Assembly: GCA_000708835.1 (NCBI GenBank)
Contig: DF237367.1
Coordinates: 16,955 to 80,954, forward strand
DNA from: Klebsormidium nitens
Lineage: Eukaryota > Plantae > Klebsormidiophyceae
Direction of reading: 5' to 3'
DNA: 64,000 nucleotides
This document shows, piece after piece, positions 13,104 to 22,762 of this stretch. The position numbers and the translations under genes are program-made. The notes beneath the pieces are model-generated. The model saw only the letters and a program-made list of their open reading frames with translations, was not told where the DNA came from and searched no databases. Each line of letters starts with the position of its first letter. Within the stretch, counting starts at the first letter, position 1.

Positions 13104-13810
13104 ATGGCATATGAACCAACTTTTTCAAACTTCACACTGAAGCTTGGTCACCCTCAACTAATCCTTATGTTTGCTAGGACCCAAAATCTTCGCTTTGAGA
13201 CAACTGTGCATACAGCTGGCCTCCACGCCAAGCCATTCGGTCCTCTCCTTGATTCGCAAGTACCACGTCCTGCAGGGCAGGCCTGTTACAGTAAGCAAAA
13301 TCTGATTCTTCAGCATCATAGGCTTCTGACGTCGCTGCTCTTGACGAACGAGCTGTCTCTCAATCCGAAGTTGTGTTACAACCATATTCACAGGGACTCA
13401 CAGAATGCAGCTCCAACCAAACCCGTTCGTCGAGACTCGAGAGTGAGGTTTAGGAAACATTGAGGAGTTGACGCATGACCTCATACATCACCCCAAATCT
13501 CACTTGGATCGTCAAACAATCATGCATCATACAAGATGGTGCAAGTGGCAGAATTTGCTCGATCGGAGGCTTCCCATTCAGTATGTCCATCTGCCAGCAG
13601 CTCTCGACGCTGTTTGTCGAATTGTGGATCTGCCAGCGGTCTTTGCACGAAGGGGTTCCTCGGAGCAAGTAGAGTTCGATATCAGATCCAAATCTCAATT
13701 TCAGTGCGCAGTTGCGGACAGTAGCTAGCGACACGCTACCTTTGCAGAAACTTTCTTTCAAAGTTGGTGGTGTCCGATCTATCGTTGACTAAATGGGTGT
13801 GCAATCATCT
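13104..13810 (+). pseudogene. Possible decayed LRB-like BTB/MATH fragment
   Basis: Frame from 13475 reads NLTWIVKQS..SGRICSIGGFPFSMSIC..LFVELWI..*..NLNFSAQLR..KLSFKVGG..*MGV, resembling the LRB/POB1 C-terminal domain as recalled ([33 protein letters not shown]..LFGV). It contains in-frame stops. MAYEPTFSNFTLKL at 13104 resembles a BTB start. Confidence 0.3.
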
Positions 13811-14197
13811 ACGCCAAACAAACATGACAAAGACTCTACAACCCTCGCTGCGTTCCTACTCAAGCTGCCTTCCAAACGGACAAGGCCTTCTTCAAAACCA
13901 AACAAAAACTCTTCAGACTCTTCTTCTACTACTTATCTGCGGACACGCGGACGATGCCCGTGCCCCAGTTGGCTACCAGGCTGCGGAGCCGGTCCGGTAT
14001 GTACTGGATTCGAACCACAGGTTCGACTTCTCGTCTGTGGTGCCCATGAAGAAGTCCCCCCAGCGAGAGACCGGAAGCGGAAAGCCCTCGGCTAAAAACT
14101 CATAGCCGCTGAAACCGTCCTCGGCCGCGCGCGCGAGGATGACCTCACCCGTGGGGCCGTTGCGGTCGTCAAAGCTGACGTAGGCCACGCTGGGAAA

Positions 14198-14742
14198 GGG
14201 GTTCAAGAAGGAAGAACGTACCTTGGCCCCCTTTTGAAACCAGCCCCAGCATCAATCCAATCCGCTCCTCCACGCGCGCCAGCTGGTCCTCCGTCCGCTT
14301 CGAAGCGCACGCCACCGCTTCCGCTTTCTCCGCCGCGGGGCTCGGCAGCCGCTCCTCGAGATCGTCTAAGCGTTCCCCGTTCGCGCCCCTGACAAGCGCG
14401 AGCTTCTGCGCGAGCGCGCGTTCGCTCGCTCGCATATCCCGCTCTACTTTGCTGACTCTAGCGTCGCTGCCGGCGAGGCCCTGTTCCAGCTCTTGTCGCA
14501 GCCCTTCCACCTGCTTCGCGACGTCTCTCTGGCGGCTGACAAGGCCTCTCAGATTTTCCGTTTCGTTTCTGACGCTTGAAGCTTCTTCCTTGCACACTTT
14601 GACGCTCTCTTCCGACTCGTTCCGGACGTCCGCAACGCTCGCCTGCAGTGCGGACAATTCTCGCCGCAGGTTTTCCAGGTCCGCTTCGATTTTCTGTGTC
14701 CGCATTGCCAGAACGGGTTCGCTGCCGACCGCTTCTTCCGAG
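14198..14742 (-). other. 545-bp inserted fragment of another gene: coiled-coil exon end plus splice donor
   Basis: Sits exactly between codons TTG and TTT of GPDL|FPSVAY. It encodes a coiled-coil stretch in a different frame (ORF 14169-14771) ending in CAAG|GTACGT plus about 24 nt of pyrimidine-rich, intron-like DNA. No TIR or TSD seen. Confidence 0.7.
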
Positions 14743-15514
14743 CAAGTCGGGGCCCGAGAGGGTGAAGCCAACCACGCCGGACCCCTTGCGGTTGATGGCG
14801 AACGCCGGGTAGATGACGTTGTTGCTGACGTACCAGAAGGGGAGACACGTCAGCAGACGCTTGGAACGTAAGGCCTAAGCGTAAGCTTGATCTGACTACG
14901 TCGACGCGACAAAGTTATCATTTATGACTTCTTTACAGCATGAATCAATTCAGCTGCCTGGTATTGGTCAAGGCCATCCCCTGCTGAGGCATGGGTACTG
15001 ATGCGGAGCTCTGAAGACACTGACGTCGAGAGAAATTTTAGGAGGTCCGTATTAATGATGGGAGAAGCGAGTCATCGAAGGACCTGGCCATGGAGATGCT
15101 TCACCGTTAACTTCACGTACTCGCACGCGCAGATCTTTCTGATCACAGCAAAGATTCGACCGTCCGTTTGAATCAAGTCCAATTGAGCAGGTTTTTCTGG
15201 CCACAAAAAGTCCGGACTTCCAAGCTATGCCAAGGTTACTTGAAAACGTATCCACGTGCCTTATCTAGTGGACGTCATTTGACAAAAGCGGCGCTGACAT
15301 TGAGGACACCGAAACGGAATGCTCAGCGACTCGCCTGTTTTCAACCGCGATCACGCCGGCCTTGAAAACTGGTCCCGTAACCTCTGCCGGGCGGCCGTTT
15401 TCCCCGGGGGTGACGCTGGGCTTGATGAGGAAGAAGGCGATGCCCACGGTGGGCGGCCGGTTGGAATCCCCGGGGACTATGTCGTTGAGCCCGACGAAGA
15501 GGTTTCCGTGCGCG

Positions 15515-15615
15515 AAGACCTAAATACAATGGAGACCCGGTTAAAGACCTACATTTGAATGGAGACCCGATGTAAGACCTCCTTTGAACGGAGACCACCC
15601 AGTTTAAGACCACCC
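15515..15615. repeat. Degenerate ~30-bp tandem repeat (3.3 copies) at an intron 3' end
   Basis: Units AAGACCTAAATACAATGGAGACCCGGTTA / AAGACCTACATTTGAATGGAGACCCGATGT / AAGACCTCCTTTGAACGGAGACCACCCAGTTT / AAGACCACCC. Confidence 0.75.
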
Positions 15616-18600
15616 GTCCAGGAAGGGGGGATCGATTTCAGAGCCGGTCTGAAATTTGCAAGTCATGAACTCAGACCGGATTCTTTCAGACAGTATCGAA
15701 TCAGGGTCAATCTTATCAGAGCGCATATGCTCATCAATTTTCCAGTTGAACGGGTCCCAAAGTCATCCAAGACCAATCATAAATCTGGATCCTGCTTTCT
15801 GGTACGTACCGGTTCTCTTACGGAGTCGTCGTTGCTGGACAGCAGCTCGAGGGGCGCCGTGGTGTTGAGCACCCGGAGTCCGCTCTTCTGAGTCACCGGG
15901 AGGCCGCCGAAGGGGCTCAGGCCGATCTCACAGTTGTTGTACTCGATCTGCGCGACCGGGAAAGGCGTCGGGGCACGGTAAAAAAGAGGCCCAGGAGATA
16001 GACGGCGCTCGGCGAGAGGAGGATTGCCAAATTCGCCGGGGAGTCAAAGCAGGAGAGTTAGATATTGGTTTGCCCGACGTTATATAAAGGATGGTTCTCC
16101 GACAGATCCGGAAATGATTCTGTCCAAAGTTGCATCCAACTTGGAATCTCAAGGGGCACCAATCATAGCAGAAAATGACTTGAATCTTTCTACCGTCACA
16201 AGGTATGAGCGTGCGCAGCTTTCTCTCTACCTAGATCAGGTTCTTCAAAAAGCCTTCAGATCGAGCTCAAGAGAAGTCCCTCGTATGTAGCGCTCTTACC
16301 AAGGAGTCAACAAGGGTCTGGACGAGTTCCAGTTTGCGGACGTCCGGGTTTCTCTCCCGCAGCGCGCGCGTGTTGACGAGCGCGAAGAGTGCCAGCTGGC
16401 GGACGGGAACGCCGCTGCAGGTGAAATCCGTATCGCTGACGAAATAAACGACGCCTCCGGCCTCGGTTGGGAACTGCTCGTCGGGGGACACACGTGCCAC
16501 GTTGATGAAACTCACGTTCCCCTGCAATGATAACCAGATTTTAGCATAGAGGACTTTGCGACCGGTACATTTCTTCCGACCTTTTTATTACCTTTAAAAC
16601 CGGGGGGGCTGCCGCCCCCACGAGCCCCCCCGCTTCCTCTTTGGGCCTTTGTTTCATCACATGTGAGGGATCGATAACACAAAGTTGAAGTCAAGAGAGA
16701 TGATAGTAAGCCGAGATAACAATAAGGTAACCGCACTGGGACGGGGAGCGTTAGTTTGGTGGTTAGGGTGGGTACGGGTATCTTTTCGGGTTAGCGTTTG
16801 TATTTGTTAGCCGGAGCTGAATGTGATCTTGGTTTATTATTATGTCTCTTGAGATTAATCTGCACGTCAATAGGCGCACGAGAGGGGCTGGTGTCGAAGT
16901 AAGTGGGCGCGCCATTGATTACTGCACAACAGGTTTTGGCCCTTAACCATGGATGTTATGGTGGGCTTCATTTTGGCTAAAGGTGGTTATGCGTACAGTA
17001 ACCAGACGTGGTCGGTAACCAAACTTGAAACAAGGTGCAAGCCCGGTTATAACGATAACCGGAGACTCAAGTCTCCTTACCAAACCTGGTTAGTAGCGAG
17101 AACTTCCTGTGCTGAGTCACATTCCTTGCAGGCTTCTGACGTTGGAAAGGCAAGCGCGCTTGATATGTTCCGTGCCTTCCGACGTGATACGTTTTGGGAA
17201 GCTCAGAAAATGCATACGACCTGCGCGTTCTGACAGCACACGGCAGCAGCCGCATGGGCGGGTAAAGCATTGAGAATCCTGTTTTGGATGCAACCCCGTT
17301 TCGAAAGTGCAGCATGCAAAGTTTGACCGTGAAAGATCAAAGATCTTCCTGAAATGGATGCGCAAGTTCTCTTGAAAGTAGAGGCGGTATAAACTTGTCC
17401 TTGGCGGAATATGCCGATCTTAGTTTTTCTTACGCCATGTTTGAGTCCCGTTTGAGTAAGCGGCACGTTCCCGGCAAATTCGATTTACAAAGACTGGTTA
17501 GAGTTTCTTTCAAATGCTCATGTCGTATTAACCAGTCTGGCTCGGACCACGCAAGGAACTAAACGGCTTCGAGTCGAGATCGACGAAGGAAAGAACAAAG
17601 AAGATAAGAGTGAAGATGAAAGAAGCTGATTAGACGTAGCTGAGGTTGATCGACAGCACAGACGGCATACCTCGACGCGCGTCGCCGTGCTGTTGACGTA
17701 TGCCGCAGTCGGGACGGACGCGTCCCCAGCCGCCAGCGCAAACTTCGACATAGCGTATACGTCCTGAGATACGAGCTCCCCCGTGAAGAGCGTGAAAACC
17801 AGTCCGTTTACAATCAAGGCGTCCGCACTGACGGCGAGCTTGGGCTCGTCCTGCGATCACGAGGCGCCACGTGTGAGCAGACCGGCAGTGAAAAAATAAA
17901 AGCGGCTTCCGACCGTCCGATTCAAACCAAAGAGAAAGGGGCGGATTCTGGCCGTCGTTTGTGTGGTCCGGACAACTCCGGGCCCGCTGTCCGCTGAATT
18001 GATTGCCCAAGACTGTTTGGCGAATACATGCGAGCGGTATGCCCGTTTTGAAGCAGGCCGTTTCACTTTTGAATCCTATTGAATCTGATCCTCCTTTCAT
18101 CACGTCGCTCGAACTGAATGTGCCGTACACAGACTGCTCCGTACAACGATGCTTCTCTCTGTTTCACTTGCGCTTCGGCTTCGAAAAGTGACGTAAGCGA
18201 CGGTGTTTCCGGTGCTAAAGGTGACGTCCGCGACTTACCAGGGAGCAGGGGCAGGTGGGCGCGAGATTGGGCGTCCCTTCGGTGCCGTCATTCGTGGTTG
18301 GCAGCCGGTAAAGCGCGTAGTGCGCGCGCGGGTCGCCGCTCGCGGTGACAGCAAATAGGGTGGCGCTCGGGGCGATGAAATCCCCGGTCGTTTCGTTCCG
18401 GTTGATGAACACCGCCGACAGGAAGAAGCGCCCGGTGTCCCGGTCGAAAACGCAGCGCGGGTCGGTCATATACGCGCCGAACGTGGTCGGGCTGGGGAAG
18501 TACGGGGCCACCTGCGAAGGGCGTTGGGTTTGGAAACCAAGTTTTCAAACCCAGTTTTCAGATCGAATTCAAGTTGTCAAGTCGGTTTTGGGTTATCAAA

Positions 18601-21600
18601 CGAACCAAATCTTCAGATTGACTCGAGTGATTTGAAAGCGCGCTTTGCTCCGCGCAGATAAATTATTGTGCTTAAAGGGACTGGTAAGCAGACACGGTTT
18701 CAGTGGTCCATGAAAGTCGATGAATAAATATTCGTGCCTCCTGCCAAGACCAAACTACGTAGCCAGTCAGAGGGCGTGAGAATACTCACTTCGGCCTGAT
18801 CTTTCAATAATCAGAAAGACATCCAAACCACTCTAAAACACCGATCGACCCAGAATTCGAGAGAATCTTCAGTCCAGGGATTTGCTTACCTGCCAGAGCT
18901 GGTTGATCGCCACCGGAACGGTCAGCTGGATGCCGGAAGCGGAATCGAAGACGACGAGCGCGTTGTTAACGATCTGGACCACAAATCCGTTGCCCGCGCA
19001 CAGCCCTCCATCGGACGGCTCCACGTTGGGGTTGGTGTTCGTATAGTTGCCCGTCCCAGCCGTCCGTGAATCCAGGTTGTCGATTCCGTCAAACGTCAGC
19101 ACGCGCGCGCGCGGGGGCGTCTCGAGCGCGACCTTGAAGAATTCGGTGCCGGGCGCGCGGCGCGAAAGCGAGGGACCCTGCTTTGGAGAAAATAATAAGA
19201 GATTTTTTAAAGTCCAGTACGGACAGTGCCGCTCTGTTGATGACTGAAAAACCCCCTAGGCCTTCGGCATGCGCAGTTGAAAGGAATGAAAAGAAGCGTA
19301 CGTTGGAAGTTTTTTGCGCAAATTGGAGCAAATGTTCGCTAGATTTTTAGTGGCCGATAAGAGTAAACTTAACATGCTTGCAAGAGTCGGATAAGTGACT
19401 CCGCAATCCTGCATTCCGGATACGAACCTGCGTTCCGCTCACCGTGCTAGAGCTAGCGGAGACGGCCGGAGACGGAGCCAACGGATCCTGGGGGTTTGCG
19501 GCGGCCGCGGCTCCCTTCGCGCGCGCGCGTCCGGCTCCCGAGGACATTGACGCCATAGACGCGCCGGCAACCTCCGGGTCCGCTGACGTCACCGTTGCCG
19601 ACGCTGACGTCATGGAACCGTTAAACAGCCCCTGGTTCGATGGCGTCACGGTGATGCCCGGGCCCCGGTTGTCCACGGGGATGACGAAGGGCTCGAGGGA
19701 GAAGGTACCGTACCGGACGGTGCTGACGACTGCATTTGGGGAGATGGAGCCCGGGGCGGTACCGGACCAGGGCCGCGAAGGAAACGGCGACCAGGAAGAG
19801 GAGGGCTAGCTGGGACATGGTCGCCGCGAAACTGTGAAGTATTGAGGAGCAGAAAATTAATGATCTGATCAAAGCTCTGAGTCAGATTGGCGACTAGGAC
19901 AGACATTAAGGCTATCAGGGCCATGACATATTCCATGGCTATCTGGACCTATGAAGCTGATCATATCAGATGGTCACAGGAATCAGACAGGTGAGAGTGA
20001 AGGCAAGAGCAAAGCGTGCTTGAGCGACTGCCGGACCAAATGACGGCGGCCCCTTGACGGAGGCAATTCGTAGTACGTCTTGCAGGATCTGCTAGACTTC
20101 GAGAAGCGCAATTGGAACGACAACTATCGTAGCAGTGTATGAATCGAATGAATATTTCCCAAAAGTCGAAAGGAGGAGAAGACAGATGGAAGTGTCACGT
20201 CATTGGTTGTTCTTAGTGGAAACCGTGTGCTGCTGGGGATTGGACAGAGCCTCCGATTGCAGGAATCAATTGAGGCTATTGCACCCTTAGACCAATAAAC
20301 CTCTATGTAATTGACCTGAAAATCATAAGGATACGCGGCCTTGAAAAACGAAAGGCGCAGAGTCGTCTACGAGACGCCACGCATATCCTGTCAAAAGCGA
20401 AATGCGGAACCGCTCACCTGGATCCGTGGAACAAAGGCTTCACGGAGACGTTCCTCCTCGCCGGACTGGGTACACCTCACAACGAGCCGGCGTCGGGCAG
20501 GGCTGTCGGCCTTACGACCTCTTAAGCTCGGCAGGTGTCGAGGATCTTGGGAACGTTCTGATATGCGAAAGGTTCATACAGAAGACTTCCGGAATGAATG
20601 ACTATGACGGACAGCTCAGGTTTTATTTGATGAGCTCGTCAACTTCGTTCCTAATAGCTTAAGAGCTGATTTGCGATTCTGTAAAGTAGGCCTAGCGGTG
20701 AAGTTTGCGGTGGCAGTCAACAAGAGTTGCTTCCGATCTAGAACTTGGCTGCAACAGCCAATGCAAGTGCTGACGTGTACTACTAACCGCACAAGACACT
20801 GTTGACATGGCGGTTCGCTTTGAACGCCACCGTCTGATCTTGGCGCGGAGTCGACGGCGTTCTCTGTGTGAAGACGGTCACTTGAATCCCAATTCTCGAG
20901 GTTGGCGTATACTTATGTAAGCCCTTTCTTGGCAGTGGGGCTTGCATTGTGCTCTGGCTTGGATTAATCACGGCTGTGATCTTGGAACCTGGGGCTGAGA
21001 ATGATTGTCACTTGCAACGACCATCTGTGCGGCTTTTCCGATTTGAAGGTTGTGCGTCTGTTTTTCCGTTGCATTCATTTTGCATTTCTCCAGATTGTCG
21101 GAGGCCGCCGTCGGGCCGGGATCCCCCGCTTAGCAACCTTTCTTCAAGGTTCCTTATTAACCTCAAAATCTCACCGCGTACTTATCTAAGTCACCTGAGC
21201 TCATTGATTTTCACATCTGCTCCTGGATCGTATCACTTTTTATTGGTTAGAGTGTGTGAAGCCTACCCGGCACCGGCCGTACGATCTTTGAGTGGCTTAT
21301 ATGGACCGTGAAAACGATAGTGCATGCTTTTCAGAAACAATCGTTCATTCTAGTCTATTGTCTCTGGCTAGGCGGAAGAGAAACAAGCTCTTCACTGTGT
21401 GCTTAGCAAGTGGCGCTCGCTTGTTTTGCTGCTAGAGAGCTTGGCATCGGCGGTGCTGAGTTTTAGTTATTTCCGAGGGGTTTTCCTGCGGCCGTCATGC
21501 GCGTAATGAACGGATCTTCGTTCTGCAGATTGGGGGTACGAGTCTGCTGAAGGCTGTATAGTAGATGGAATATCCCGAGAACTACCGTTAGCAACAACAA

Positions 21601-22762
21601 CACTCGGCTCCTTAGCGAAATAGACGGGTGATAAAGAGGCTGAAAGAAAGGTTCGCGTCTAACCAGACATCTAATCCAACGCCCTAACCGAGAATTCGTT
21701 GAACTGAAGGATTCACTTTGACCGTTGGCGCCTTGAGATTATATGCACATCTCATTTTCTTTCCCCTCGTCGATATCAGGCCAGTGGGCACGATTGCTGC
21801 TACATTTTGAGCTCTTCCTTTCCGAAGCGTCGGAACATAGAAGCACAATCTTGTGGCTGCCAGCCTTCAGGAACCAAAGCAAGACACAATGAGTGGTCAT
21901 CAGCGAGGAGGTTGTGTGTTTGGCAAGGTATTGCCCACACTTATCGGTTGAGTTTCGCGGACCCTCTCAGAGAACATGGACGGACTCATGGACCTGCTGG
22001 CTTGAACCAATCAGGATATTAAAGGTACGAGTTAGAGGCGGGTCCAGTCACTTACGAGACCAATCACATGATCTCTTCGTTCATGGCCGGGCCGCTAGTG
22101 GCTTTTGATAGTCACTAGGTTTCATGTCTTGCGTGCACGCACAGTCACACCCGTACGCGCAAAATCAATGCATGGGGCACTAGATTCAGCGCAGGAGCTA
22201 AGTCGCCATTTCGTGCATCATTTGCTTACATGCATGAGGAGTTTTTATTGGCCGGACGTGGTCATGAAATGAGGAATATGCTATTCTTAGTCTACATTAT
22301 ATATACAATCTCTAGCTAAGTTGCTCGTGCCTCTGCAATCGTGTACAGTATTTTACAGGGGCTCGAATGGTGTTGCAACGATAGCCTGACCCAATCATGC
22401 ATATGCATGCTCAGTGAGCCTAAGCCCGGGCGCCGCGCAGGTCATGCATGCATGATGCAAACATGGCTGGCGGTTAGTGTGCGAAGGGTTAAAGTAAGTA
22501 AATCCCCAACATATCCAGTGCCAAATTACTTCATAGCTACAAAACAATCCTTTGATCAACAGTGATATATTGAATTGCAGGGCAACGCCATGGTTGAGAT
22601 TGAGGAACTTCATCAAAATCTGGCCCGACCTTTCCTTGGGCCACCTTCAATGCAACATGCGGTTTATATCGACAGGTCAGGCATCCGTTGAAATTCATCT
22701 GAGAGGTCTGTGCAACTCAATGACGTCCTTTCTATCAACGGATTGGCAGTAGGAAGCCTAGG

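Larger units (their letters stand above)
13929..19818 (-). pseudogene. 8-exon gene for a ~670-aa secreted protein of bacterial-type hypothetical family, disrupted by a 545-bp insertion and two frameshifts
   Basis: Exons 19818-19443, 19177-18890, 18511-18239, 17850-17671, 16521-16300, 15947-15810, 15519-15335 and 14824-14743+14197-13929; all splice phases are compatible. Signal peptide MSQLALLFLVAVSFAAL. Motifs LTFDGI, VEPSDGGLCAGNGFVVQIVNN, FGAYMTDPRCVFD, YRLPTTNDGTEGTP, DEPKLAVSAD, VYAMSK, ALVNTRAL, QKSG, SSNDD, GIAFFLIKP, NNVIYPAFAIN..G.GVVGFTLSGPDL|FPSVAY, DGFSGY, RWGDF, NWGT. Frameshifts near 19770 and 14006. Confidence 0.75.

Noticed and set aside
14190-14221. 32-nt GT..AG mini-intron joining the coiled-coil insert to the downstream exon
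   Set aside because: Too short, gives the wrong frame, and would delete the conserved FPS codons.
14169-14771. Stand-alone 200-aa coiled-coil gene suggested by the ORF track
   Set aside because: Its start lies in out-of-frame host coding sequence; the coiled-coil part coincides with the 545-bp insert.
15515-15615. CRISPR-like interpretation of the short spaced repeats
   Set aside because: Units are contiguous and degenerate with no unique spacers; no cas genes; eukaryotic intron context.
16530-17095. Possible TIR pair (TAACCAGATTT / AAACCTGGTTA) and twin hairpins CCGGTTAT..ATAACCGG and GGAGAC..GTCTCC near 17043-17078
   Set aside because: TIR only 10/11 with no TSD; hairpins are short and lack a Helitron CTRR end. 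It may be a decayed element but cannot be supported.
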